Counted from the stretch's first letter, positions 19,129-28,703 are shown. The stretch is 64,000 bases of DNA from Candidatus Woesearchaeota archaeon (GCA_964417865.1 CAYQJI010000001.1:14492-78491), one strand, 5' to 3'. Notes: generated from the sequence alone by a model not told the origin. Numbers and translations are program-made.

Positions 19129-19419
19129 ATGGTAAGACCAAGATTATGCAGGAGAGTTAGGTTTAATCCAGATGTTACTTATTTTAAACCAAGAGGAATC
19201 CCTTTAAGTGAATTGGAAGAAGTAGTTTTACTTGTAGATGAATATGAAGCAGTTAGATTAAAAGATTTAGAAGGATTAAAACAAGAAGAATGTGCTAAAA
19301 AAATGAATATTTCTCAGCCAACATTTCATAGGTTAGTTTTATCAGCAAGAAAAAAAATATGTGATGCAATAGTTAATGGAAAGGCAATAAAAATAGGAGG
19401 GGGAAATTATAAAATATGA
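19129..19419 (+). CDS. DUF134/UPF0251-family HTH DNA-binding protein (sigma-70 region-4-like)
   Basis: RVRFNPDVTYFKPRGIP...AKKMNISQPTFHRLV. Confidence 0.55.
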   Translation: MVRPRLCRRVRFNPDVTYFKPRGIPLSELEEVVLLVDEYEAVRLKDLEGLKQEECAKKMNISQPTFHRLVLSARKKICDAIVNGKAIKIGGGNYKI

Positions 19420-19444
19420 ACAATTAAAACTTTTATTTTTTGGA

Positions 19445-20527
19445 TTGTTATTAATCTTAATAACTGCTAATTTTGTGAGTGCCCAAAATTCAACTTGTAT
19501 TTATTTTTTTTATGGAGATGGTTGCCAACATTGTGCTAAAGTTGAGTCATTTATAAACAACCTAGAATTATATTCCCAATCTTCTCTTGATATTCATAGA
19601 TTTGAAATTTATAACAATCGTTCAAATATGCTTTTATTGAATCAATATTTTGATGTTTATAATATATCTAATTCCGAAAGAGGAATACCTGCCGTTTTAA
19701 TTGGCGAAAGTTATCTTATAGGAGATAGCCCAATCTCGGAGAATCTTATTGAATTAATAGGACAGAATCATGGAGCAGAATGCCCTGATTTTCAAACAAC
19801 AAATGGGGAAGGCAAGACAGGAAATACTTCCCCCATGGAAAAATTAAATTCATTATCCATCTTAACCGTTGTGGGAGCAGCACTGGTAGATTCAATAAAT
19901 CCATGTGCTATTGCCGTTTTGTTAATTTTAATGAGTGCTTTGTTAGTTGCAGGAGATAAAAAGAAAGCAATTAAAGCAGGTTTTGCTTTTACTATTTCAA
20001 TCTATATCGCTTATTTTTTGTTTGGATTGGGATTATTTTCAGCGATTCAAGTTTCAGGTCTTTCTTATTGGTTCTATAAAATAATTGGAGTTTTGGCAAT
20101 AGTAATAGGATTAGCAAATATCAAAGATTTCTTTTGTTATGGTGGCGGAGGTTTTGTTATGGAAATCCCAAGAGGCTGGAGACCCAAATTAAAAGAAATG
20201 TTAGGGAAAGTTACAACCCCTTTAGGAGCGTTTTTAATGGGTTTTGTAGTTTGCTTATTTGAGTTGCCTTGCACAGGCGGACCTTATATTGTTATCTTGG
20301 GGTTATTAGCAGATAGAATGACTATGTGGGCTTCAATTCCTCTTTTGTTATTGTATAATTTAGTATTTGTATTGCCCTTAATTATAATTACTCTGTTAAT
20401 TTATTTTGGCTTTGCTAATGTAGAAAAAGCAACAAAATGGAAGGACAATAATTTAAGAATTTTACACTTAATTGCAGGAGTAGTTATGTTGGCTTTGGGA
20501 ATCTTGATTACTTTTGGATTTGTTTAG
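19445..20527 (+). CDS. thiol:disulfide oxidoreductase fusion: extracytoplasmic thioredoxin-like domain + CcdA/DsbD transmembrane domain
   Basis: Signal/TM then CxxC (DGCQHCAK). Membrane domain has the two conserved Cys in INPCAIAVLL and ELPCTGGPY. Confidence 0.65.
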   Translation: MLLILITANFVSAQNSTCIYFFYGDGCQHCAKVESFINNLELYSQSSLDIHRFEIYNNRSNMLLLNQYFDVYNISNSERGIPAVLIGESYLIGDSPISENLIELIGQNHGAECPDFQTTNGEGKTGNTSPMEKLNSLSILTVVGAALVDSINPCAIAVLLILMSALLVAGDKKKAIKAGFAFTISIYIAYFLFGLGLFSAIQVSGLSYWFYKIIGVLAIVIGLANIKDFFCYGGGGFVMEIPRGWRPKLKEMLGKVTTPLGAFLMGFVVCLFELPCTGGPYIVILGLLADRMTMWASIPLLLLYNLVFVLPLIIITLLIYFGFANVEKATKWKDNNLRILHLIAGVVMLALGILITFGFV

Positions 20528-20531
20528 TAAT

Positions 20532-21404
20532 TTATGCACTTGCTAATTTAATTAAACCAAGCCACCTATTTTCTCCCAAGTTTAAATCTTGCCCTGCTAA
20601 TTCACAAGGAACACTATTTGTTGAACAATGTTTCTCTATAAAATTATGTTGAATTGTTAATCCAACCATGATGATTGGAGCAGACCAGAGAGCTTTTAAT
20701 CCTCTAAAATCATGCACTCTATCCTTAATTTTCATAAACACCGTTTCAATTTTATAGTTATGTACCTTTGTTCTTCGTACATTTTGTATTTTATGTTCCA
20801 CTACTAAACCTCCAAGCTTATTAGAATAGAATAGTTTTTTAAAAGCACGAGGGTAAAATTGTGCAGAATCTGTTTGTATAAACTTTGGCTTCCCCTTACC
20901 TACTGCTTTATTTATAAAAATTTTGGCTTCTTGGATTGTTGTTTGAGTAGAATAATGCACTCCTGTAATTAATCTAGTATTCCAGTCTACACAAGCCCAG
21001 AAATTATCTTTATGCCCCAATCTATTAATTTCGGTTTCATCTGCATAGAAAGAATCTCCAAGGTTATATCCTAATTTTTCTACAAAATTATGTACTTTCA
21101 AACTATATTTTCGCACCCAATCTAAAATAGAATTATGAGATACTTTGGTTTTGAAATGTCTATTTAATTGATTTCTCATTTTTCTACTTGAAAGATTAGA
21201 TAAATACATATCTATAGATAAGGTAATTGTCTCAGATGAGAATCGCATTCTATAAAACCCTTCATCATTTGTAAAAAATTTGTGACAAGATTTACAATAA
21301 TATTTTTGTATTTTCCCTCGGTGTTCTGTTTTTCTAAATCCTTTCTTTAGAAAACTTGTACTTGAACAATGTTTGCACTTTATCATACCTATATTCAGGT
21401 ACAT
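20532..21404 (-). CDS. IS6-family DDE transposase with N-terminal zinc finger (true start probably Met at 21386: MIKCKHC)
   Basis: CKHCSS...YYCKSCHKFF zinc finger. FYADETEI...WACVDWNTRLITG matches the IS6 DDE core. The first ATG lies inside the promoter repeat. Confidence 0.7.
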   Translation of the reverse strand: MYLNIGMIKCKHCSSTSFLKKGFRKTEHRGKIQKYYCKSCHKFFTNDEGFYRMRFSSETITLSIDMYLSNLSSRKMRNQLNRHFKTKVSHNSILDWVRKYSLKVHNFVEKLGYNLGDSFYADETEINRLGHKDNFWACVDWNTRLITGVHYSTQTTIQEAKIFINKAVGKGKPKFIQTDSAQFYPRAFKKLFYSNKLGGLVVEHKIQNVRRTKVHNYKIETVFMKIKDRVHDFRGLKALWSAPIIMVGLTIQHNFIEKHCSTNSVPCELAGQDLNLGENRWLGLIKLASA

Positions 21405-21437
21405 GAAGTATATAAACCTTTCGGTACATGAAAGAAT
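21393..21437 (-). repeat. about 45-bp TATA-containing direct repeat, copy A, upstream of transposase
   Basis: attcaggtacatgaagtatataaacctttcggtacatgaaagaa. About 80% identical to copy B at 21601..21645. Confidence 0.6.
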
Positions 21438-21595
21438 TATGCTTCTTCTAAAATTATTTTTCCTTTTTCAACTCTTGCTTTTAACTCTTTACCAAGGAGT
21501 TTTGAATCCTTAACTACCTCTTTTGGTAAAGTGGTGATATATCTTGTGTATTCTGTACTCCCCACTTTTTTATCTAAAACCTCTCGTATCTTCAT
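21437..21595 (-). CDS. small AbrB/MazE-like (swapped-hairpin) protein, 52 aa
   Basis: MKIREVLDKKVGSTEYTRYITTLPKEVVKDSKLLGKELKARVEKGKIILEEA. Flanked by the two promoter repeats; not in ORF track. Confidence 0.35.
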   Translation of the reverse strand: MKIREVLDKKVGSTEYTRYITTLPKEVVKDSKLLGKELKARVEKGKIILEEA

Positions 21596-21600
21596 GATTT

Positions 21601-21645
21601 AATTCAGGAACATGAAGTATATAAAGTTGTCTGTACCTGAAAGAA
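21601..21645 (-). repeat. about 45-bp TATA-containing direct repeat, copy B, upstream of small AbrB-like ORF
   Basis: aattcaggaacatgaagtatataaagttgtctgtacctgaaagaa. Confidence 0.6.
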
Positions 21646-21654
21646 ATTTATCTA

Positions 21655-21682
21655 AATTAGGTGTCGCTAACTTAACAGCTCA
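21655..21682 (+). promoter_or_regulatory. conserved upstream motif, copy 2, 5' of RPA-like gene
   Basis: AATTAGGTGTCGCTAACTTAACAGCTCA. Confidence 0.4.
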
Positions 21683-21706
21683 TTTATTGCAAATCCTTAA
21701 AAACCT

Positions 21707-22675
21707 ATGTTTATTTTTTTAATAATGCCTATGACAAATTATGAGAGAATTGTTGAAAAAATATCTAAACTTTCTAATACTGAAAAAACAGAAGTTGAAA
21801 GATTAATTGAAGCTAAAAGAGCAAGACTTTCAGGATTAATAAGCAAAGAGGGTGCTGCTCAAATAGTTGCTGCAGAATTAGGAATAAATTTTGATAATCA
21901 AAAATTAAAGATTGAGGAATTACTTCCTGGGATGAAAAAAGTAAATGTTGTTGGAAAAATAATAAACTTATACCCAATAAGGACATTTAAGACAAAAAAA
22001 GGGGATGAAGGAAAAGTTGCAAATCTTGTGATCGCAGATGAGACTTCTAATATTAAAACAGTATTATGGGATACTAAAGATATTTCATTAATAGAATCAG
22101 GAGAATTAACAGAAGGAAAAACTATTGAGATTATAAATGGGAGCATGAGAGATAATGAGATCCATTTAAGCAGTTTTTCAGAAATTAAACTTTTAGAAAT
22201 TGATATTGAAAATGTTAAAACAGAAAAAAATTTTAAAATTGAAAAAATTGAAAATATAAAGAAAGGCGAAAGTATTAAAATAAGAGCTTTTATTACTCAG
22301 TCTTTTGATGTTAAATTCTTTTATATTTGTCCTAATTGTGGGAAAAAAGTTGTTAAAGAAGGAAATTCTTTTATGTGCAATGAACATGGTAATGTCCCTG
22401 TTGAAAGAAGAGCTTTAATAAGTTTGGTTTTAGATGATGGAACAGGAACAATAAGAGCAGTGGCATTTCAAGAAAATCTCGAAAAATTAGGATTAAACAT
22501 AGAAAATGAATCTAACTTGATAAATCAAAGACAAGAATTATTAGGAAAAGAGTTTATCTTTTCTGGTTCAATAAAAGAGAACAAATTGTTTAATAATCTT
22601 GAAATGAATATAGAAAACATAGAAGAAGTTAATCTTGATAACTTGATATCAGAGTTAGAAAAAAATGAAAACTAA
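21707..22675 (+). CDS. RPA/SSB-like single-stranded DNA-binding protein (OB folds + C4 zinc ribbon)
   Basis: N-terminal RPA-like helical domain, OB-fold segments, CPNCGKKV...CNEHG zinc ribbon. Real start possibly at MPMTNYE. Confidence 0.55.
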   Translation: MFIFLIMPMTNYERIVEKISKLSNTEKTEVERLIEAKRARLSGLISKEGAAQIVAAELGINFDNQKLKIEELLPGMKKVNVVGKIINLYPIRTFKTKKGDEGKVANLVIADETSNIKTVLWDTKDISLIESGELTEGKTIEIINGSMRDNEIHLSSFSEIKLLEIDIENVKTEKNFKIEKIENIKKGESIKIRAFITQSFDVKFFYICPNCGKKVVKEGNSFMCNEHGNVPVERRALISLVLDDGTGTIRAVAFQENLEKLGLNIENESNLINQRQELLGKEFIFSGSIKENKLFNNLEMNIENIEEVNLDNLISELEKNEN

Positions 22676-22702
22676 TTTATAGATCTGTTTTTTTGTTTAT
22701 GG

Positions 22703-23164
22703 ATGTTATTAAAAACTCATATTGTATTTAATTTGTTTTTATTTATACTCTTTTATAACTTTAATACTTCTTTTCTTAGTTTTTTGTCTTTTACCTTTTT
22801 TCTTTTAGGAACTTTTATCCCTGATGTTGATTCAAGGCTATCTAAAATTGGAAAAAAGAAAGTTTTTAGGATTTTGCAATTTTTTGTAAAACATAGAGGT
22901 TTTATGCATAGTTTGTTCTTTATTGTACTTTCATTTTTTATTCTTTCTTTTTTACCTCTTTCTTTAAGAATTTATCTCTGTTTTGGATTATTTTTACACT
23001 TATTTTTAGATTCTTTAACAATTAATGGTGTTTATCCTTTTTATCCTATAAAATTCAAGATTAAGGGGTTTATAAAAACAGGAAAAATTTTTGAAAAAAT
23101 AATTTTTATTAGTTTTATCTTTTTAGATCTTTCTTTATTTTTGTTTAAATTAGTTGTTTTTTAA
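22703..23164 (+). CDS. membrane-bound metal-dependent hydrolase-like (DUF457/YdjM-like)
   Basis: IPDVDSR...HRGFMHS motifs, hydrophobic. Confidence 0.3.
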   Translation: MLLKTHIVFNLFLFILFYNFNTSFLSFLSFTFFLLGTFIPDVDSRLSKIGKKKVFRILQFFVKHRGFMHSLFFIVLSFFILSFLPLSLRIYLCFGLFLHLFLDSLTINGVYPFYPIKFKIKGFIKTGKIFEKIIFISFIFLDLSLFLFKLVVF

Positions 23165-23217
23165 GATATATCTAAAAAAGGAATAATCTTTATAAATGAA
23201 TATTAATTACATTTTTT

Positions 23218-24246
23218 ATGAGTCCTAAAAAAGTTTCAGATGAAGAAGATGAAGATGATTTAGAAAATCTTAAATCAACTTATGATCCTAAAAGTGGAAA
23301 AGAGCCACAATTAACAGACCTTCCTGGAATTGGGCCCGCTGTTGCTGCAAAATTAGAAGCAGCAGGAATTTATGACTTAATGTCTTTAGCAGTTATGGGC
23401 CCTAGTGAATTAGCAGAAATAGCAGGTGTTGGACCAGGTGTTGCTAGAAAAGCTATTCAAGCTTCAAGAAAACTTCTTAATCTTGGTTTTGTTGATGGGA
23501 TAGAATTTGCAGAAAAGAGGGCTAATATTTGTTATATTACAACAGGAAGTAAAGAACTTGATGCTCTCTTAGGGGGGAAAGGGGTTCAAGGTAGAGCAGT
23601 TACAGAAGCATTTGGAGCTTTTGGCAGTGGAAAAACTCAACTTGGATCTATGCTCGCTGTAAATGTTCAATTGCCTATAGAAAAAGGCGGAGCTAATGGT
23701 AAATGTGTATTTATTGATACAGAAGGAACTTTTAGGCCTGCAAGAATAAGGCAGATTGCAGAAGGGATCGGTGCTGACCCTGAAAAAGTTTTAAAAAATA
23801 TATTTGTTGCAAGAGCCTTTAATTCTGACCATCAAATTTTACTCTTAGATAAAGTTACAGAAATGATTAAGAATGGAGAACCTATAAAACTTGTTATTAT
23901 AGATTCTTTAACAGCTCATTTTAGAGCAGAATTTTCAGGAAGAGGTCAATTAGCAGATAGACAACAAAAACTTAATAGATATTTGCACAATCTAATGAAA
24001 TTAGCAGAACAACATAATCTTGCAGTATATGTTACAAATCAGGTAATGTCTAATCCTGCGCAAATGTTTGGAGATCCAACAGTTGCTATTGGTGGAAACA
24101 TTGTTGGGCATGCTTCAACTTACAGAATTTATTTAAGAAGAGGTAAAAAGGATTCAAGAGTTGCAAAATTGATTGATAGTCCTGATCTTCCTGATACAGA
24201 AGCTGTGTTCTTTGTTACAGAGAAAGGAATTGTAGACGAAGCATAA
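23218..24246 (+). CDS. radA: DNA repair and recombination protein RadA
   Basis: HhH ([17 protein letters not shown]), Walker [11 protein letters not shown], Walker B LVIIDS, full-length 342 aa. Confidence 0.9.
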   Translation: MSPKKVSDEEDEDDLENLKSTYDPKSGKEPQLTDLPGIGPAVAAKLEAAGIYDLMSLAVMGPSELAEIAGVGPGVARKAIQASRKLLNLGFVDGIEFAEKRANICYITTGSKELDALLGGKGVQGRAVTEAFGAFGSGKTQLGSMLAVNVQLPIEKGGANGKCVFIDTEGTFRPARIRQIAEGIGADPEKVLKNIFVARAFNSDHQILLLDKVTEMIKNGEPIKLVIIDSLTAHFRAEFSGRGQLADRQQKLNRYLHNLMKLAEQHNLAVYVTNQVMSNPAQMFGDPTVAIGGNIVGHASTYRIYLRRGKKDSRVAKLIDSPDLPDTEAVFFVTEKGIVDEA

Positions 24247-24254
24247 AATTAATT

Positions 24255-24704
24255 TTATTCAACAATTTCATTTTTATCAAACCATAATTCTATTTCTCTT
24301 TTTGCATTTTCTGGAGAATCAGAAGCATGAACAACTGTTTCATGGCAATTTGTTTTTGTATTAATTTTCCCATATTTTCCTCTGATTGTCCAAGGTTCAC
24401 ATTCGTCTGGGTTTGTTTTTCCTATAGCTTCTCTTACTTTTTTAACTGCATCTTCTCCCTCATACACAATTGCTATAACTTTCTCATGATTGTGCAATTC
24501 TCCTGTAAGATGCTTTATTAAATCTTCATAAAAAGGTTTTCCTTTATGTTCAGCATAATGCATTTCTGCCAACTCTCTTTTAACATTAGACAATTTTAAA
24601 GCAATCATCTTTAAATTTAAAGCATACAAATCTGTTATAATATTCCCTGCAAGACGTTTTGCCATTGCATCTGGTTTTATTAAAACTAAAGTTCTTTCTT
24701 CCAT
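24255..24704 (-). CDS. ndk: nucleoside diphosphate kinase
   Basis: ERTLVLIKPDA, active-site NxxHASDS. Confidence 0.8.
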   Translation of the reverse strand: MEERTLVLIKPDAMAKRLAGNIITDLYALNLKMIALKLSNVKRELAEMHYAEHKGKPFYEDLIKHLTGELHNHEKVIAIVYEGEDAVKKVREAIGKTNPDECEPWTIRGKYGKINTKTNCHETVVHASDSPENAKREIELWFDKNEIVE

Positions 24705-24795
24705 ATCTCCTAATAAAAAAGGAGGTTTAAAAAGATTTTTATTCTATCTGTAATCCTCTAACAAACTTTATTAATTCAGGATATTCTTTTAATCT

Positions 24796-26022
24796 ATGTT
24801 AATTGATTTTAATAAAGTTACAATTGCGGATTTACATATTCATTCTAAATTTTCAAGAGCATGCAGTTCTAATATAACTTTAGAAAATCTTGCTAAATGG
24901 GCTAAGATTAAAGGGCTTAATCTGTTAGGAACAGGAGATTTTACTCATCCTGTTTGGATTAAAGAGATTAAAGATAAACTTAAAGAAAAAAATGGGTTGT
25001 ATTATTATGAAGATTTTCCTTTTGTGATAACAGGGGAAGTTTGTTTAACTTATACTCAAATTAAAGGAAGAAGAGTTCATCTTGTTATTCTTGTTCCTAA
25101 TTTAGAAATTGCAGAAAAAATAAATTCTTATTTGGATACAAAAGGAAGAAGAGATTATGATGGAAGGCCAATATTTAAAATAAGTTGTGAAGAATTTTCA
25201 AGAGAACTAAGAAAAATTTCTGAGGAAATAGAGATAATACCTGCACATATTTGGACACCTTGGTTTGGTATTTTTGGGAGTGAAAGCGGTTTTGATTCTT
25301 TAAAAGAAGCGTTTGGAAATGAGTTTGAAAATATACATGCTATTGAAACAGGAATGTCTTCTGACCCTGAAATGAATTGGAGAATAAAAGAATTAGAAAG
25401 CAAATCAATTGTTAGTTTTTCAGATGCGCATAGTTTTTGGCCATTTAGATTAGGAAGAGAAGCGACTATATTCAATAAAATTAATTCTTACCAAGATTTA
25501 ATCAGACAAATTAAGGAAAATTCTTTTGTTTCTACAATTGAAACAGATCCTGCTTATGGAAAATATCATTGGGATGGGCATAGATTATGTCGTTTTTCTT
25601 GTTCTCCAGAAGAATCTAAAAAATTGAATAATATCTGCCCAATCTGTAAAAAACCTCTAATAATTGGTGTTGAGAATCGAGTAGAAACCCTTGCAAGTTT
25701 TCCAAAAGGATTTAAATCTAAAAATTCTAAACCTTTTTTTAAACTTTTACCTTTGCACGAGATAATATCTCTTGAATCTGGAAGCACATTAGAAAGCAAG
25801 AAAACTTGGCAAACCTATAATGATTTAATTTCTTTTTTTAATAATGAATTTAATATTTTATTTAATATTTCAAAAGAAGATTTTTTAAATAAAAAAGTTA
25901 GCAATAAACTTATTTTATTAATATTAAAAAATAGGGAAGGAAAAATAAAAGTTAAACCAGGTTATGACGGAGAATATGGTGTTGCATTAGTTGAGGAAAA
26001 ACAATCTTTATTATCTTTTTAA
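24796..26022 (+). CDS. endonuclease Q-like (PHP domain + zinc finger)
   Basis: ADLHIHSKFS...LLGTGDFTHP, RRVHLVIL, PAHIWTPW, SDAHS, RLGRE, GKYHWDGHRLCRFSC...CPICK. Matches my recollection of Pyrococcus EndoQ. Confidence 0.6.
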   Translation: MLIDFNKVTIADLHIHSKFSRACSSNITLENLAKWAKIKGLNLLGTGDFTHPVWIKEIKDKLKEKNGLYYYEDFPFVITGEVCLTYTQIKGRRVHLVILVPNLEIAEKINSYLDTKGRRDYDGRPIFKISCEEFSRELRKISEEIEIIPAHIWTPWFGIFGSESGFDSLKEAFGNEFENIHAIETGMSSDPEMNWRIKELESKSIVSFSDAHSFWPFRLGREATIFNKINSYQDLIRQIKENSFVSTIETDPAYGKYHWDGHRLCRFSCSPEESKKLNNICPICKKPLIIGVENRVETLASFPKGFKSKNSKPFFKLLPLHEIISLESGSTLESKKTWQTYNDLISFFNNEFNILFNISKEDFLNKKVSNKLILLILKNREGKIKVKPGYDGEYGVALVEEKQSLLSF

Positions 26023-26035
26023 AATATTATTAAAA

Positions 26036-26737
26036 CTATTTGACTGAAAATTCTAATCCTTCTTTTTTTGCACTTTTTTCAATCTCTTCTATATAATTAT
26101 TTAATTTTTTTTCAGCTTCTTTCGGATTTTCAGCTTCTAGATTTAAACTATACCTACCTGCTGCAATATACTTTATCTCTATATCCTTAAAAGACAAAAT
26201 TTTTTTTATTAATTCTACTCCATTAGGCTTATTACTAAACAAAACAATCTCTTTTTTTATAATCTTTTTTTTCTTTTTATTATTTTTAATAATTTGTAAT
26301 ATTTTAGATAATTCTTCTTCTGTAAAATATTCTTTTCCTTTTTCTTCATTGTTTTTTATTTCTTCAATAAAATCTAATATTCCTTCTTCTTTGTTTATTC
26401 TTTCAAAAAAATTTTGAAATTTTTCTCCTAAAACCGCCTTTATGATATTAAAATAACTTTTTTTTAATTCTTCTTTTTCAAAAATTTCCTTTTTTTCTTT
26501 TTGAGTTACTCTTCTAAGAGACAACTCAATTGTTCCTGAATCTGAAATTCTTAAAACTTTGCAGACAACCTTTTTTTTAGGGACAACATATTCTCTTAAA
26601 TTTCTTATTCTTCCTGGTGCTACTTCACTTAAGATTATACTTCCTTCTGTTTTATCATCTAATTTTACAAATACAACTGTTCCCACAATTCTATCAACTA
26701 TTCCTATCACTAAATCTCCTGGTTCTAAATTTTCCAT
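26036..26737 (-). CDS. translation initiation factor aIF-2 alpha subunit-like (S1 domain)
   Basis: N-terminal S1/OB (GDLVIGIVDRIVGTVVFVKL...CKVLRISDSGTIELSLRRV) and aIF2alpha-like C-terminal domain. 233 aa, short. Confidence 0.5.
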   Translation of the reverse strand: MENLEPGDLVIGIVDRIVGTVVFVKLDDKTEGSIILSEVAPGRIRNLREYVVPKKKVVCKVLRISDSGTIELSLRRVTQKEKKEIFEKEELKKSYFNIIKAVLGEKFQNFFERINKEEGILDFIEEIKNNEEKGKEYFTEEELSKILQIIKNNKKKKKIIKKEIVLFSNKPNGVELIKKILSFKDIEIKYIAAGRYSLNLEAENPKEAEKKLNNYIEEIEKSAKKEGLEFSVK

Positions 26738-26768
26738 TAAACACTAAAAGAAATTCATATTTTAAAGT

Positions 26769-28106
26769 TTACTTATTTAATTTTATAGTCTCTACTTCTA
26801 AATTTTCTTTTAATAGTCCTATAAATTCTTTTTCATTCTCTTTTTTTATTGTCCCCCCTGCTGCTGATTCATGGCCTCCTGATTCTCCACCAATTTTTTT
26901 TATTACCTCTGATAACAAGACTCTTAAGTTCTTTTTGCTTTTTCCAGTACATCTTGAAGAAATTTTTATCTTATCTTCATAATAAGCCATTGTGGTTATT
27001 ATTGTTCCCTCTTCATATATCTCTGAATTAGATAAAATACTCGCTACTGTTCCGATTATTGTATCTTTTATTTTTTCTTTTGCATTTATTATAACAAAAC
27101 CTTCGCCTTGAACTTTTTCTGTTTCAGATATATAATTTAATGCTGAAACAATATGTTGTCTATATTTTGCATGAATTAATTCTGCTTTCTTTTTTGCATT
27201 AGGTATTTCCATACAAAATTGTATTGCGGTATCAACTTCTTCTAATCTTGAACAGGCATTTATCATTGCACTTATCTCTCTTGCATCTTCTAATTTATTA
27301 TAAAATTTAATTAAAAAAATGTCTCCTAAAATTTCTTTATTTTTAAATCTTGGATTCCTTAACATTATTGAAGTTACTAATCTGGACATTTCTTCGTCAC
27401 TTAAATCTATTAACCCTTTATATTTCCCATTTATAGGAGAGATTCTTGATTCTCTTAATAATTCTTTTACGCCTTCACTATTCCCTGTAACTCCTGGAAT
27501 AAAAGGATTTGAAGAATATTCTAAGGCAATATTTATAGGTCGTGTAGAAGGATAAATTAAGATTCCTCTTTTTCTTTTTATTTCTCCATCATTTAAAATG
27601 GAATGATTCAATTTATCAATCCTTTTTTCCATAGAATCCCCAATCATACCTAAAATAGCAAGTTTTGCAAATTCTTTACTATCTTTTATTAAATTTTTAC
27701 AAAATAGATAAGTTAAGCTTGAACTACTCAATTCTTCATCTGAAGAAAGATGAGGATTTATTATATGAAAACTTTCTGATTCTTCCATTTTTGGGATTTC
27801 ATGATGGTCGATAATAAAAATTTCTTGATTTCTTTTTGCAAATTCTTCTAAAAAACTAGAGCCTAAATCTAAAATTAATAGAACTTTGTCTTTTGGAAAA
27901 TTTAAAACATCTTCTTTCTCAAGTCTTGGAAAAATCTTTAAAGAAAATCTTTTATCAAGTTGTTTTAAGGTTTTTATCATTATTACTGCTGAAGTAATTC
28001 CATCAGTATCAAAATGACTTATTACAAAAACCTCTTGATCTTTAATTTTTTCTAAAAATTCCTTGCTTATTTTTTCAATATTTTCTTCTAAATAGAAATT
28101 TGCCAT
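26769..28106 (-). CDS. DHH/DHHA1 phosphoesterase (RecJ/GAN-like nuclease)
   Basis: HFDTDGITS (motif I), IIDHHEI (DHH), GGHESAAGG (DHHA1). Confidence 0.6.
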   Translation of the reverse strand: MANFYLEENIEKISKEFLEKIKDQEVFVISHFDTDGITSAVIMIKTLKQLDKRFSLKIFPRLEKEDVLNFPKDKVLLILDLGSSFLEEFAKRNQEIFIIDHHEIPKMEESESFHIINPHLSSDEELSSSSLTYLFCKNLIKDSKEFAKLAILGMIGDSMEKRIDKLNHSILNDGEIKRKRGILIYPSTRPINIALEYSSNPFIPGVTGNSEGVKELLRESRISPINGKYKGLIDLSDEEMSRLVTSIMLRNPRFKNKEILGDIFLIKFYNKLEDAREISAMINACSRLEEVDTAIQFCMEIPNAKKKAELIHAKYRQHIVSALNYISETEKVQGEGFVIINAKEKIKDTIIGTVASILSNSEIYEEGTIITTMAYYEDKIKISSRCTGKSKKNLRVLLSEVIKKIGGESGGHESAAGGTIKKENEKEFIGLLKENLEVETIKLNK

Positions 28107-28134
28107 AATCCCAATAAAATTGATTAATGTAAAA

Positions 28135-28503
28135 CTAAGATAGATTCAAATGATTTTTCAATTTTCTTAATCTGGCTATCAAATGATCTTTTGCTCTTAA
28201 TGATTTTTTATCACCTTTATTTTTTTTACAATGAATTTCTAATTTTTCTAATTTTTCTTCTAAATTTTTTTTGTCAGGGTTTATATATTTATTTCCTAAA
28301 ATTTTTGATATTTTAAGATTAAATTCTTTACTATGATACCCTTCTTTTCTTAATTTTTCTCCTATTTTTTCTGCAGTTAATCCTTTTTCGGCCAATTCTA
28401 AAACTTTCTTTTTAAATTCTTCAGGAGTTTTTTTATTCTCTTTAACTTTTTTTTTTTTTGTTGTTTTTTCTTCCTTTTTTTCTTCTGCCATTTTATTAAA
28501 CAT
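28135..28503 (-). CDS. ribosomal protein uS15 (S15P/S13e)-like
   Basis: LELAEKGLTAEKIGEKLRKEGY and C-terminal KDHLIARLRKL resemble archaeal S15. Confidence 0.45.
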   Translation of the reverse strand: MFNKMAEEKKEEKTTKKKKVKENKKTPEEFKKKVLELAEKGLTAEKIGEKLRKEGYHSKEFNLKISKILGNKYINPDKKNLEEKLEKLEIHCKKNKGDKKSLRAKDHLIARLRKLKNHLNLS

Positions 28504-28618
28504 TAATCTACTCTTTTAAATCTTACTATATTAATAAATCGCTTTAAAAAATATCAAAACTCTTATAAATTTAATATTTTTATAATCTTTGTAATAAATG
28601 TAAAATAAAAATAAATAT

Positions 28619-28691
28619 AGCCCTGTAGTACAGCGGTCAAGTATATAGCCCTTTGGAGGCTGTGACCCAGGTTCGAATCCTGGCAGGGCTA
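28619..28691 (+). tRNA. tRNA-Gln (UUG)
   Basis: Cloverleaf: acceptor AGCCCUG/CAGGGCU, anticodon loop CUUUGGA, T-loop UUCGAAU, A73. Confidence 0.85.
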
Positions 28692-28703
28692 TTTATAACT
28701 AAA

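Larger units (their letters stand above)
20528..21660 (-). mobile_element. IS6-family-like insertion element (transposase + small AbrB-like ORF, duplicated promoter repeats)
   Basis: DDE transposase with the DETxI signature. Candidate imperfect IRs CTAATTTAATTAAA (20541-20554) / TTTATCTAAATTAG (21647-21660). Boundaries tentative. Confidence 0.4.

Noticed and set aside
20528-20554. Terminal inverted repeats of the IS6-like element
   Set aside because: Only a weak 12/14 match (CTAATTTAATTAAA vs CTAATTTAGATAAA) in AT-rich sequence. Reported as tentative, not as a feature.
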